This document shows, piece by piece, positions 19,092 through 29,320 of a DNA stretch of 64,000 nucleotides. Below the pieces are notes generated by a model. That model searched no databases. It was not told where the DNA came from and was given only the letters and a program-made list of their open reading frames with translations. The position numbers and the translations under genes are program-made. Origin of the DNA: an uncultured Planctomycetales bacterium (lineage in GTDB: Bacteria > Omnitrophota > Gorgyraeia > Zapsychrales > Fredricksoniimonadaceae); assembly GCA_964483785.1 (NCBI GenBank), contig CAZACW010000004.1:6794-70793 (forward strand), read 5' to 3'. Within the stretch, counting starts at the first letter, position 1, and each line of letters starts with the position of its first letter.

Positions 19092-20155
19092 AGCAGCCTT
19101 TCAATTTTTTCCACGGCTTCCTCGATGGTCAGCATGCATTCCTGGTAGGCGGAATGCGGCTGGCCGATGGGATCAGGCACGTCCAAGTCCGCCTCATACC
19201 CGCGGTGGGTGCTGCCGAATTCTTTCAAGAGATAAAGCCTTTTTTCCACCGACGGGACGCGCTCCAGGATTTGACTGCGGTGCGCGCGGGTCATGGCGAA
19301 AATCAAATCGGATTTCTTGAGCATGATGCCGCCCAAAGGCCTGGACACGTGCGCCGCGGCGTTGATCCCCCGCTCGCGCAGGACGGTCATGGTCTCCTGG
19401 CTTGCCGCGGACTTAAAATAAACGCTGGTGCCGGCCGAATGCACCTCCACATCGTCGCGGCCGATCAATTTGGCCTTAAGCGAATACTCGGCCATCACCG
19501 AGCGGCAGCTGTTGCCCGTGCAGACGAACAGGACGCATTTTTTGCTGATGGTGCGGTCCACGTCCGGCTGGGTGATGACGCCGTCGCGGGTCACCGTGGG
19601 ATGGGTCATGGTGAAATCTAAGATCGTCGAGGAGATCCCGAAATCCACCGGCCCGCCGTCCAGGGCCAGGTCCACGTGGCCGTCCAAATCTTTTAAGGCC
19701 TCCTGGCAATTGGTCGGCGCCTTTTTGCCTTCCAGGTTGGCCGACGGGGCCGCGAGGGAGCAGCCGCTTTCTTCCACCAGGCGAAGCGCCACGGTATGGT
19801 CCGGCATGCGGATGCCGATGGTCTCGCCCTCATGCTTGGCCGGCACGATCACGGTCAAGGGCCCGGGCCAGTACTTGTCGATCACCTTGTACAGGTTCGG
19901 GTGCGTGTAGGTGGAATAATTCTCGATGATCCCCCGCTGGGCGATCAGGATGGAAAAGAGCTTGCCGTCCGTGCGGTGCTTCACCGCGCGCAGGCGGTCC
20001 ATGGCCTTGGGGTTGTTGGAATCCGCCGCGATGCCGTACACCGTCTCCGTCGGAAAAATCACCAGCCCGCCCTGGCGCAGGATGCGGGCGGCTTCGGCGA
20101 TTTTCTCCGGTTCCGGCAAGGCGGAATTGACCTTCAAGACCTTGGTGGCGGCCAT
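19088..20155 (-). CDS. tsaC: Threonylcarbamoyl-AMP synthase (Sua5/YrdC) fused to an LMW protein Tyr/Arg phosphatase
   Basis: N-terminal FPTETVYG, WPGPLT and PSAN; C-terminal VCTGNSCRSVMAE and DVPDPIG. Confidence 0.9.
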   Translation of the reverse strand: MAATKVLKVNSALPEPEKIAEAARILRQGGLVIFPTETVYGIAADSNNPKAMDRLRAVKHRTDGKLFSILIAQRGIIENYSTYTHPNLYKVIDKYWPGPLTVIVPAKHEGETIGIRMPDHTVALRLVEESGCSLAAPSANLEGKKAPTNCQEALKDLDGHVDLALDGGPVDFGISSTILDFTMTHPTVTRDGVITQPDVDRTISKKCVLFVCTGNSCRSVMAEYSLKAKLIGRDDVEVHSAGTSVYFKSAASQETMTVLRERGINAAAHVSRPLGGIMLKKSDLIFAMTRAHRSQILERVPSVEKRLYLLKEFGSTHRGYEADLDVPDPIGQPHSAYQECMLTIEEAVEKIERLL

Positions 20156-20176
20156 AATGAAATGAAAGACAGCACC

Positions 20177-21478
20177 CTATTTTTGCTTCTGCGTTTGCCG
20201 GACAAAATGGGGCGTTGTCCCCATTTTGCCCCCGATGTCACGGCGGAAAAACATATGGTCAAATTCAATTTGGCTGACGGCATTATACGCCTTTGTCACC
20301 GCGGCTTCAAGGTTTCTGCCTAAGGCGGTCACGCCCAGCACCCGTCCGCCGCTGGTGACCAAACGGCCGCCGTCGTTTTTGGTGCCGGCATGAAACACCA
20401 CCGTGTCTTCATCCTTGATCCGGTCCAGGCCCTGGAGGGCAAAGCCGCTTTTGTACGGGCCCGGATAGCCGCCGGAGGCGATCACGACGCAGGCGCAGGG
20501 CCGCTCGTCCCATTGGGCCTTGACTTCGTGCAGGCGGCCGTCGCAGGCGGCCTGCACAATGTCCACGATATCCGTGTGCAGGCGCGGCAGAATGCACTGG
20601 GTCTCGGGATCGCCGAAGCGCACGTTGAATTCCAGGGCCTTGGGGCCGTCCAAGGTCAGCATCAGGCCGGCGAACAAAACGCCCTTAAAAGGGTTTCCCT
20701 CCTGGTACATGCCGCGCACCGCCGGCTCGATGATGCGGGCGATGATCTGGTTTAAAATCTCGGGATTGACCTTGGGATTCGGGGAAAAAGCGCCCATGCC
20801 GCCGGTGTTGGGGCCGATATCATCGTCAAAAATCCGCTTATGGTCCTGGGCCGTGGGCAGGACGAGAAAATGCCTGCCGTCGCAGACCGCGAGCACCGAG
20901 GCTTCCGGGCCTTGAAGGCATTCCTCGATGACGATCTTGTCTCCTGCCGCACCGAAGAGCTTTTTGACCATGATATCCTCGACCGCGGTCTTGGCCGCCT
21001 TCAGGTCCGGGCAGACATACACGCCCTTGCCCGCGGCAATGCCGTCGGCCTTGACCACCAGGGGAAACTGCGCCTTTTCCACAAAGGCCAGGGCGGGTTC
21101 AGCCAGGTCAAAAATCTTATAGACGGCCGTGGGGATATTGCGGCGGTGCATGAATTCTTTCGCAAAGACCTTGCTGCCTTCCAGCCTGGCCGCGGCCTGA
21201 TTAGGCCCGAATATTTTCAGGCCTTTGGCCGTGAACGCATCCACCATCCCGGCCACCAGCGAGGCTTCAGGGCCGACGATGGTCAGGTCGATTTTCTTCT
21301 GAAGGGCATACTGCAAAAGCAAGGGCACATCATCCACAGCGATGTCCGCGCATTCCGCGATCTGGGCGATGCCGCCGTTGCCCGGCGCGCAAAAGAGGCG
21401 CTTGACCTTGGGCGATTGCTTGATTTTCCAGCACAGGGCATGTTCCCTGCCCCCGGCACCGATGACTAAGACATTCAT
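20177..21478 (-). CDS. purD: Phosphoribosylamine-glycine ligase
   Basis: GGREHAL, LEGSKVFAK, NTGGMGA and EFNVRFGDPE motifs. Confidence 0.97.
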   Translation of the reverse strand: MNVLVIGAGGREHALCWKIKQSPKVKRLFCAPGNGGIAQIAECADIAVDDVPLLLQYALQKKIDLTIVGPEASLVAGMVDAFTAKGLKIFGPNQAAARLEGSKVFAKEFMHRRNIPTAVYKIFDLAEPALAFVEKAQFPLVVKADGIAAGKGVYVCPDLKAAKTAVEDIMVKKLFGAAGDKIVIEECLQGPEASVLAVCDGRHFLVLPTAQDHKRIFDDDIGPNTGGMGAFSPNPKVNPEILNQIIARIIEPAVRGMYQEGNPFKGVLFAGLMLTLDGPKALEFNVRFGDPETQCILPRLHTDIVDIVQAACDGRLHEVKAQWDERPCACVVIASGGYPGPYKSGFALQGLDRIKDEDTVVFHAGTKNDGGRLVTSGGRVLGVTALGRNLEAAVTKAYNAVSQIEFDHMFFRRDIGGKMGTTPHFVRQTQKQK

Positions 21479-22479
21479 GTAAAGATAACCTTGTGTTGGG
21501 AATCCTGGATGACCCGGCCTATGACAAAGGACTCTGTTTTTTGAGACCGTAAAAAGGCCTGGACAGCGACGACATCATCAGGGGCCGCGACCAGGGCAAA
21601 GCCGATGCCCATATTGAAGGTGCGGTACATATCATGGTCCGGCACACGGCCTTTGTCCTGAATGAGCTCAAAAATCCGCGGCACGGGCCAGCTTCCCTGC
21701 GTGACCGCAAAACAAAGGCCCTTGGGCAGGACCTTGGTCAATTTTTCGTACCAGGCCCCGCCGGTCATATGCGCCATGCCCTTGACCCTGATCCGCTCGA
21801 GCAGGGCCAGCACCGGCTTGACATAGATGCAGGTGGGTTTTAATAAAATCTGCGCGTAGCGTTTCTGTTCCTCCTTAGTCAGCGCCTTGCGGACCAGGGA
21901 AAATCCGTTGGCATGCAGGCCCGAAGAAGGCAGGCCGATCAACACATCACCGGCTTTGATCCCGGACCCGTCTATGATCCCCTTGGCCTCGACCACACCG
22001 ACGGTGAATCCGGCCAAATCATAATCCTCGCCCTTGTACATGTCCGGCATTTCCGCGGTCTCACCGCCGATCAGGGCACAGCCGGCCAAGCGGCAGCCGG
22101 CCACCATGCCTTTCATCACGTCCTTCATGGTCTTGGGATTGAGTTTGCCCGTGGCGATATAATCCAAAAAAAACAGCGGCTTAGCACCCGTGCAAAGCAC
22201 ATCATTGACGTTCATGGCCACCAGGTCAATGCCCACCGTGTCATGCTTATTGGCCAAATGGGCGATCAATAATTTGGTGCCAACTCCGTCGGTGGAAGAA
22301 ACCAGAACCGGGTCCTTGTACTTTAAGAATCCCGGATCAAAGAGGGCGCCGAAGGAGCCGGGCCGGCGGAGAACCCCGCGGCCCTTGGTCGGGGCTGACA
22401 TCTGCTGGATGGCCTCCACAAAGCGGTTGGCCTTGGCAATGTCTACACCTGCTTTTTTATAGGTCAAGGATCGGGTCAT
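21475..22479 (-). CDS. purM: AIR synthetase
   Basis: YKKAGVDI, TDGVGTK, GGETAEMP and TFNMGIG motifs. Confidence 0.97.
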   Translation of the reverse strand: MTRSLTYKKAGVDIAKANRFVEAIQQMSAPTKGRGVLRRPGSFGALFDPGFLKYKDPVLVSSTDGVGTKLLIAHLANKHDTVGIDLVAMNVNDVLCTGAKPLFFLDYIATGKLNPKTMKDVMKGMVAGCRLAGCALIGGETAEMPDMYKGEDYDLAGFTVGVVEAKGIIDGSGIKAGDVLIGLPSSGLHANGFSLVRKALTKEEQKRYAQILLKPTCIYVKPVLALLERIRVKGMAHMTGGAWYEKLTKVLPKGLCFAVTQGSWPVPRIFELIQDKGRVPDHDMYRTFNMGIGFALVAAPDDVVAVQAFLRSQKTESFVIGRVIQDSQHKVIFT

Positions 22480-22548
22480 ATCATTGAGTCAACCGTCTGC
22501 TTGCATTCGCAATCACAGCGAATACTCGTGAATGTTTGGCAGACCGTC

Positions 22549-22616
22549 GGGCCCCACCACAACCTCCGGGGTTGTGATGGTTAACCATCACAACCCCGGA
22601 GGTTGTGGTGGGGCCC
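22549..22616. repeat. REP-like nested palindrome, doublet copy
   Basis: gggccccaccacaacctccggggttgtgatggtt/aaccatcacaaccccggaggttgtggtggggccc is a perfect inverted repeat between purQ and purM. Confidence 0.85.
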
Positions 22617-22636
22617 TATGGATCGCTAAACATCAT

Positions 22637-23425
22637 TTACAAATGCTCTTTCACATAATCTATGCCGTTGGCGAAAATCCGGGCGCCCTCCCCGAGCTTT
22701 TCCCGTTTGGCCAGGCGGGTCCAGTACGGGTGCTGTTCAAAAAGAAAATGCCTTTCCGGGTGCGGCATCAGGCCCAGGACGCGTCCGGTCGTATCGCAGA
22801 TGCCGGCGATGTCCTGCGTCGAGCCGTTGGGATTTTCCGGATAGACCGGCACAGCTCCCTGCGCCGTGCAATAGCGCAAAACGATTTGCTGATTGGCTTT
22901 CAGGGCCTTCATGACCTCGGGGTCCCGCGGGATGAATTTGCCCTCGCCGTGGGCCACCGGCAGATAGATCAATCCTGTCATGCCCTTGGTCCATACGCAG
23001 CGGCCCTCCACCTTCATATGCACCCAGCGGGCCTCGAATTTCCCGGAATCATTATAAAATAAAGTCGCTTCCTGTCCAATGTTCAAACCCAAACCCGGCA
23101 AAATGCCGGCCTTGACTAAGATTTGAAAGCCGTTGCAGATGCCGATGATCAATTTGCCGTCCTTGATGAACTGCCGGATATCCTGGGCCAGTTTCAGGCG
23201 CAATTCATTGGCCAGGATGCGGCCCGAGGCGATATCATCGCCGTAGCTAAAACCGCCGGGCAAGGCCAGGACATGGAAATCAGCAAGCTTGGGCGCGCCG
23301 GACAACAAGGCCTTGATATGCACCTGTTCGACCTCAGCCCCCAAACTGCGGAAGGCAAAGGCCGTCTCCTCGTTGCAATTGGTCCCGGCGGTGCGGACCA
23401 CGATGACTTTTACATGTTTAGGCAT
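22637..23425 (-). CDS. purQ: FGAM synthase glutaminase subunit
   Basis: GGFSYGD, GICNGFQ, AHGEG, NPNGS and MPHPER; start set at MPKHVK. Confidence 0.95.
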   Translation of the reverse strand: MPKHVKVIVVRTAGTNCNEETAFAFRSLGAEVEQVHIKALLSGAPKLADFHVLALPGGFSYGDDIASGRILANELRLKLAQDIRQFIKDGKLIIGICNGFQILVKAGILPGLGLNIGQEATLFYNDSGKFEARWVHMKVEGRCVWTKGMTGLIYLPVAHGEGKFIPRDPEVMKALKANQQIVLRYCTAQGAVPVYPENPNGSTQDIAGICDTTGRVLGLMPHPERHFLFEQHPYWTRLAKREKLGEGARIFANGIDYVKEHL

Positions 23426-23451
23426 AAAATAAATGACGTCCGTTTGACATA

Positions 23452-23510
23452 ACCTCCACAACCCCGGGGGTTGTGATGGTTACCATCGCAACCCCGGGGG
23501 TTGCGGAGGT
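23452..23510. repeat. REP-like nested palindrome, doublet copy
   Basis: acctccacaaccccgggggttgtgatggttaccatcgcaaccccgggggttgcggaggt. Confidence 0.85.
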
Positions 23511-23514
23511 CCAA

Positions 23515-24183
23515 TTATTTTCTTTTCGCATAAAAGGCCTTGATGAGCCTGACCACATCCTCCGGCTTGTCGACCACCCGGATGATGTCCAGGTCCTTCA
23601 AATCGATACAGCCCTCGTGGAGCATGGGGCCTTTGAACCAATCCAGGAGGCCTTTCCAATATTTGCTCCCGTAAAGGATCACCGGAAATTTGTCCATGCG
23701 CTCGGTCTGGATCAAGGTGATGCTTTCCGACAGTTCATCCAGGGTGCCGTAGCCGCCGGGAAAAATCACAAAGGCCTTGGCGTATTTGACAAAGCAGACC
23801 TTGCGGCAGAAAAAATAATGGAAATTGACTAAGTGATTGATGTAATTGTTGGGCTTTTGCTCAAAAGGCAGGTCGATGTTCAGCCCAATGGAATGCCCGC
23901 CGGCCTTGGCCGCCCCTTTGTTGCCCGCTTCCATGATGCTGGGGCCGCCGCCGGTGATCACCGCATAGCCTGCCTTGACCAGCAGTTCCGCCGTCCTTTG
24001 CGCCGCGTCATAGTAGGAATGCAGGGTGTGGATGCGCGACGACCGGAAGTTGCTTACCGCCGGGCCGCATTCTTTTGGTTCTTGCAAACCGTCGACAAAT
24101 ACCGCCATGATGCGGAAAATGAGCCAGGGGTCTTCCATCATTTCCAGATCAGGTACTTGGGGGTGTTTTTTGATTTTGGCCAT
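23515..24183 (-). CDS. LOG family (TIGR00730-like) nucleotide monophosphate nucleosidase
   Basis: ITGGGPSIMEA, LPFEQ and PGGYGTLDE motifs. Confidence 0.9.
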   Translation of the reverse strand: MAKIKKHPQVPDLEMMEDPWLIFRIMAVFVDGLQEPKECGPAVSNFRSSRIHTLHSYYDAAQRTAELLVKAGYAVITGGGPSIMEAGNKGAAKAGGHSIGLNIDLPFEQKPNNYINHLVNFHYFFCRKVCFVKYAKAFVIFPGGYGTLDELSESITLIQTERMDKFPVILYGSKYWKGLLDWFKGPMLHEGCIDLKDLDIIRVVDKPEDVVRLIKAFYAKRK

Positions 24184-24196
24184 GGTTTTTCCTTTT

Positions 24197-27088
24197 TTAT
24201 CGTAAGGGTGCTTTCCAGATTTCCTTCAAGGCATCGATGCGGGCATGCACGATCGGCCTCTCTTTTAATCCGTAAATCAAAAATTCAGGGCTCTCTTCCA
24301 CCCTGCCGATCTTGGCCAAGGCAAGGCCTTTGAATAATTTGGCCAGAGCTTTTTCATGCTCCGGGGGCGCTTCCGCGATGAAGCGCGTATTGCTTTCCGA
24401 AAAAAGCAGGACATCTTCCCGGCGCGCGCTTCCCTTATAGGGAAGATTCTTTAACAATACAGTGGCGCCAAGCCCGCCGGCCATGGCCATTTCAGCCAGG
24501 GCCACGCCTGCGCCCCCTTCGGAGCAATCATGCAGGGAAGAGAACAGGCCTGCCTGATTGGCCTTGGCCGCGGCCCGGTAGATTTTGACCGCGGTTTTAA
24601 AATTGACGCGTGGCACCTGCCGGCCCAATTGCCCTGCATTTTCAAGATAGATGGAACCGCCCAATTCATCAGCGGTTGTCCCGATCATGTAAATACTGTT
24701 GCCGGCTTTTTTAAAATCCATGGTCACACAGCGGCGGACATCCTCGATAATGCCGATGGATGAAATCAAAATGGTCCCGGGGATGGCCAGGCTCCTGCCT
24801 TTTTGGGTGTATTCATTGTACAAACTGTCCTTGCCGGAGATAAAGGGCGTGCCAAAAGCCAAAGCAGCCTGATAACATCCCTTGGCACAACGCACGAGAG
24901 CACCCAGCCTGTCCGGCTTGTCCGGGTTGCCCCAGCAGAAATTATCCAAAAGGGCGATGCGCTCCAGGTCCCCGCCCACGGCGATGATCTGGCGGATGGC
25001 CTCATCTATGCAGGATGCGGCCATCCAGAACGGGTCCAGTTTGCCGAAGCGGGGATTGATGCCGTTGGCCACTGCAATGCCGCGCACGGAATCAAGCCTT
25101 CCCCGGATCACCGCCGCGTCCGACGGGCCGTCAGCCGCAGGCCCTACCAAGGGCTTGATCACGCTGGCACCCTGCACTTCATGATCATAAACGCGGATCA
25201 CGCTTTCCTTAGAGGCCACATTATAATGGCTTAAAGCCGCGCAGAGTTCTTGAGTCAGGTCCGGCGTGAGGCGGGGCTTTTTTTCCTTCCTTAAAACCGG
25301 CGGATGGTACACCGCTTCCTTGGTGATTTTGGGCAGGCCGTCATGGATAAAGTCCATGTCCAGATCCGCCACCTGCTGGCCGTGGAAAAACAACTGCAGG
25401 CGGCCGGAGCCGTCAAATTCGCCCAGAACCGCGGCTTCCACGTTTTCATCGGCGAAAACCTGCTTCAGGGCGTCGATCTTGGCCGGCGGTACGGAAAGTA
25501 CCATGCGCTCCTGCGCTTCGGAAATCCATATTTCATGATATTTGAGCCCCTGGTATTTCAAAGGCGCCTTGTCAAGATCAACGCGGGCGCCGGTCTGGGC
25601 GCCCATTTCCCCGACGGCCGATGAAAATCCGCCGGCCCCGCAATCCGTGATGGCGGAATACAGGCCGGCCTCCCTGGCCCGCAAAAGCGCGTCCAAAACT
25701 TTTTTTTCCTCGATGGGATTGCCGATCTGCACCGCGCCCGAGGAAACGGTCTGGGAGGCGCCGGTCAATTCGCCCGATGAAAAGGTGGCGCCGTGAATGC
25801 CGTCCCTGCCGGTGCGGCCGCCCACAGCCACGATCAAATCGCCCTTGTGGACGCGTTTGTTTTCCTTGCCCTTAGGGATAAGGCCGATATTGCCGCAAAA
25901 CACCAGGGGATTGCCCGCGAACTGCTCATCAAAGACAATGGCCCCATTCACCGTCGGGATCCCCATTTTATTGCCGTAATCGCGCACGCCTGCAACCACC
26001 CCCTTCATCACCCGCTTAGGATGCAGGGCACCGGCCGGCAGGCGGGCCAGGGGCATGTCAGGAGGGCCGAAGCAAAACACGTCGGTGCTGCACAAGGGCC
26101 TGGCCGCAAGCCCGGTGCCTAAGGTATCGCGGATCACGCCCCCTACACCGGTATTGGCCCCGCCAAACGGCTCCAGGGCCGAGGGATGATTATGGGTCTC
26201 GACTTTAAAGCAGACATGAAAATCCTCATCAAAGGCAATGACCCCGGCATTGTCGTGAAAAACCGAAATGCACCATTTTTTCTTTAATTTGAGCGTCGGC
26301 ACCGCGATATAGGTCTTGAAAAGACTGCGGATGGTCTCAGTTTTTGGGCTTCTGCCTTCGCGGTAACGGATCAGGCCGCGAAAGGTCTTATGGCGGCAAT
26401 GCTCGCTCCAGGTCTGGGCAATGGTCTCGAGTTCAACATCCGTCGGGTTGCGCCGTTCCTTTTGAAAATAGGCCTGGATCTGGCGCATCTCGGCCAAATT
26501 CAAATACAACTGGCCTTGCCGGGATATTGCGGCGAGCTTTTTGTCCGTGGCGTTTTGCAGATCCACGATGTTCACGTCAAAGGTCGAGGCGGAAGTGCCG
26601 GCCACCGACAGCATCGAGGGGACATGGGCAAAGTCAGGGACCTTGTGCTGGATGAGCTTGTTCATCAGCACGCGGTCCGTGATCATGGCCAATTGTTTGG
26701 GGTTGAGGCGGCCGAAGAGATGGTATTGCTTGGCCGTGCGCACGGCGCTGATGCCCGCGATGCCAAGGTCCTTTATCCCTTTCAGAGTCGAGGCCTCGAC
26801 CGGGTCCATGACGCCGGGATTATAGGCGATTTCAACAATATGGTGACGGGCATCCTTAGGCGCAAGTTTAAGATCAAAGCTGTATGCTTCGACCAAAGGA
26901 TCGGTGAGCAATTCGTCGCAGATGCGCTTAAGCTCCGCGCTGCTGGCGCGGCCTTCTAAAAGGAAGACCGAGACCACCTGCACCTGGGAAAGCTCGCCCA
27001 GCTTCAATTCCTGTATGTCCCGGGCCACCGCGGTGCCAACAGGGTCAAGGACCCCGTCTTTGTGTTTGACTTCAACGCGCCAAATCAT
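24197..27088 (-). CDS. purL: FGAM synthase subunit PurL with N-terminal PurS-like domains
   Basis: QTWSEHCRH, KVETHNHPS, SEAQERM and SGKDSLYN; N-terminal GVLDP/GVMDP PurS-like repeats; start set at MIWRVEV. Confidence 0.95.
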   Translation of the reverse strand: MIWRVEVKHKDGVLDPVGTAVARDIQELKLGELSQVQVVSVFLLEGRASSAELKRICDELLTDPLVEAYSFDLKLAPKDARHHIVEIAYNPGVMDPVEASTLKGIKDLGIAGISAVRTAKQYHLFGRLNPKQLAMITDRVLMNKLIQHKVPDFAHVPSMLSVAGTSASTFDVNIVDLQNATDKKLAAISRQGQLYLNLAEMRQIQAYFQKERRNPTDVELETIAQTWSEHCRHKTFRGLIRYREGRSPKTETIRSLFKTYIAVPTLKLKKKWCISVFHDNAGVIAFDEDFHVCFKVETHNHPSALEPFGGANTGVGGVIRDTLGTGLAARPLCSTDVFCFGPPDMPLARLPAGALHPKRVMKGVVAGVRDYGNKMGIPTVNGAIVFDEQFAGNPLVFCGNIGLIPKGKENKRVHKGDLIVAVGGRTGRDGIHGATFSSGELTGASQTVSSGAVQIGNPIEEKKVLDALLRAREAGLYSAITDCGAGGFSSAVGEMGAQTGARVDLDKAPLKYQGLKYHEIWISEAQERMVLSVPPAKIDALKQVFADENVEAAVLGEFDGSGRLQLFFHGQQVADLDMDFIHDGLPKITKEAVYHPPVLRKEKKPRLTPDLTQELCAALSHYNVASKESVIRVYDHEVQGASVIKPLVGPAADGPSDAAVIRGRLDSVRGIAVANGINPRFGKLDPFWMAASCIDEAIRQIIAVGGDLERIALLDNFCWGNPDKPDRLGALVRCAKGCYQAALAFGTPFISGKDSLYNEYTQKGRSLAIPGTILISSIGIIEDVRRCVTMDFKKAGNSIYMIGTTADELGGSIYLENAGQLGRQVPRVNFKTAVKIYRAAAKANQAGLFSSLHDCSEGGAGVALAEMAMAGGLGATVLLKNLPYKGSARREDVLLFSESNTRFIAEAPPEHEKALAKLFKGLALAKIGRVEESPEFLIYGLKERPIVHARIDALKEIWKAPLR

Positions 27089-27788
27089 GCGTAACCCTGC
27101 GCAACACTTCCTGATAGGCCCCTTCGACATCGCCCAGGTCCCGGCGGAAACGGTCCTTGTCCAGCTTATTGCCGGTGCCGATTTCCCACAGGCGGCAGGT
27201 GTCGGGAGAAATTTCGTCAGCCAAAATGATGCGGTCCTTGATGCGTCCGAATTCCAGCTTGAAATCTATGAGCTCGATGTTCAAATTCAAAAAATATTTC
27301 TTCAAGACCTCGTTGATCTTAAAGGCCAAAGAGGTGATCCGGCGCACCTCCTCATCCGCCGCGAAATTCAAGGCGCGGATATGGTATTCATTGACCTGCG
27401 GGTCGCCCAGGGCGTCGTTCTTGTAGCAGAATTCCAGCGTCGGGCAGGCCAGGTTGGCCCCTTCGGCCAGGCCCAGCAGACGGCACAGGGAGCCGGCGGC
27501 GCGGTTGCGCACGATGGTCTCCAGGGGCACGATCTCAACGCGCTTGATGAGCATTTCGCGGTCGCTGAGCCACTGCACAAAATGCGACTCGATGCCCTTG
27601 GCTTTCAAATGCTCGAAGATCTTGGCGGCGATGAGATTGTTCATGATGCCCTTTTGCGCGATGGTGCCGCGCTTCTGGGCATTAAATGCGGTGGCATCGT
27701 CCTTGAAATACTGGATCAACAGGCCGGGGTCCTCGGTGGTGTAAAGGATCTTGGCCTTGCCTTCGTAAATTTTTTCCAATTTCTGCAT
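27072..27788 (-). CDS. purC: SAICAR synthetase
   Basis: YEGKAK, FKDDATAFN, DFKLEFG and ADEISPDTCRLW motifs. Confidence 0.97.
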   Translation of the reverse strand: MQKLEKIYEGKAKILYTTEDPGLLIQYFKDDATAFNAQKRGTIAQKGIMNNLIAAKIFEHLKAKGIESHFVQWLSDREMLIKRVEIVPLETIVRNRAAGSLCRLLGLAEGANLACPTLEFCYKNDALGDPQVNEYHIRALNFAADEEVRRITSLAFKINEVLKKYFLNLNIELIDFKLEFGRIKDRIILADEISPDTCRLWEIGTGNKLDKDRFRRDLGDVEGAYQEVLRRVTHDLAR

Positions 27789-27845
27789 AAATTCAGACCA
27801 CCGGACCCTGCCCCGCCTGCCCTGCCGCGCCCTCTCGAGGCTGTG

Positions 27846-29141
27846 CTATTTGATGCCTGCCTGCTTGAAAATTTTGTCCCTGTGGCGGATGTAGTATTTG
27901 ATGTCGAAGCAGGCATTGATCTCGTTTTGCGAGAGAAATTTGCGCACCTTGCGGTCCCTGAAAAGCACGTCCTTGAATTCCGTGCTTTCCTGCCAGACCT
28001 GCATGGCGCAGGCCTGGATGATCTCGTAGGCCGCGTCCCTGGTGAGGCCTTTTTTCATCAATTCCAGCAGAATGCGCTGGGAATAAATCAGCCCCCGGGT
28101 CTTGGAGAGATTGGCGATCATGTTTTTGGGATACACCAGCAGGCCTTCGATGATGGGCAGGAATTTGTTGAGCATGTAATTCAAGGCGATGGTCGAATCC
28201 GGAAGGATCACGCGCTCCGCCGAGGAATGGCTGATGTCGCGCTCGTGCCAGAGATTGATGTTTTCCATGGCCACGATGGAATTGGCGCGCAGGATGCGCG
28301 AAAGGCCGCAGATGCGCTCGCAGGTGACGGGATTGCGCTTGTGCGGCATGGCCGAGGAGCCGATCTGGCCCTTGAAAAACGGCTCTTCCACTTCCAGAAG
28401 CTCGGTTTTCTGCAGGGCCCGGATTTCCGTGGCGAATTTTTCGAGCGAAGAGCCGATGATGGCCAGCACCATGAGAAAATGCGCGTGCGGGTCGCGCTGG
28501 ATGATTTGGGTCGCCACATTGGCGGGCTTAAGGCTGAGCTGCTGGCAGACATATTCTTCCACATGCGGGTCGATGTTGGCGTAGGTCCCGACGGCGCCGG
28601 AGAGTTTGCCGAAGCGCATGCCTTCGCGGGCCGCCTGCAGGCGCTCCAGGTTGCGGTTCATCTCGTCGTACCAGATGGCCATTTTCAGGCCGAAGGTCGT
28701 GGGCTCCGCGTGCACGCCGTGGGTACGGGCGATGCATACCGCGTCCTTGTACTTTTTGGCCTTGTCTTTTAAGGCCGCTGTGATTTTCTTGATGTCCGCA
28801 ATCAGGATGTCCGCCGCCTCGACGCATTGGATGGACAGCGAGGTGTCCAGAAGGTCCGAGGAGGTCATGCCCATGTGCAGGTACTGGGCCTCGGGGCCCA
28901 GGCTTTGGCCGACGCTTTGGATAAAGGCCACCACATCGTGCTTGGTGCGCTCTTCCAGGCGCCGCACCTCTTCCAGGTCGAATTTCGCGTTTTTGCGGAT
29001 CTTTTCCATGGCGGCTTTGGGGATAAGCCCTAATTTGGTCATGGCTTCACAGGACAGCACCTCGATCTTGAGCATGATTTCCATCTTATGCTCATCAGAC
29101 CAAATACGGCTCATCTTGGACAGGGAATAACGGTCGATCAT
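27846..29141 (-). CDS. purB: Adenylosuccinate lyase
   Basis: MIDRYS, RTHGVHAEP and GSSAMPHKRNP motifs. Confidence 0.97.
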   Translation of the reverse strand: MIDRYSLSKMSRIWSDEHKMEIMLKIEVLSCEAMTKLGLIPKAAMEKIRKNAKFDLEEVRRLEERTKHDVVAFIQSVGQSLGPEAQYLHMGMTSSDLLDTSLSIQCVEAADILIADIKKITAALKDKAKKYKDAVCIARTHGVHAEPTTFGLKMAIWYDEMNRNLERLQAAREGMRFGKLSGAVGTYANIDPHVEEYVCQQLSLKPANVATQIIQRDPHAHFLMVLAIIGSSLEKFATEIRALQKTELLEVEEPFFKGQIGSSAMPHKRNPVTCERICGLSRILRANSIVAMENINLWHERDISHSSAERVILPDSTIALNYMLNKFLPIIEGLLVYPKNMIANLSKTRGLIYSQRILLELMKKGLTRDAAYEIIQACAMQVWQESTEFKDVLFRDRKVRKFLSQNEINACFDIKYYIRHRDKIFKQAGIK

Positions 29142-29201
29142 GAACTCTCTCCTTCTGGACTTAACATATTGTGGGAGTAGGGGAAATCAAAGGCGGGTGA
29201 T

Positions 29202-29230
29202 ACTATAACAGAGAAAAAATGGAAGGTCAA
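29202..29230 (-). promoter_or_regulatory. Putative sigma70 promoter of the purB operon
   Basis: Minus strand reads TTGACC-N17-TATAGT, about 60 nt upstream of purB. Confidence 0.6.
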
Positions 29231-29320
29231 TCTAAAAAAATGCAGTAAATACCTAAACTATTGGGAATTAATGGTTTAAGTAATTTTGTTTGGCAGACCA
29301 TCCGGACCTGTCCTGGACAT

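Noticed and set aside
26904-28772. 622-aa plus-strand ORF
   Set aside because: Antisense shadow of purC/purB.
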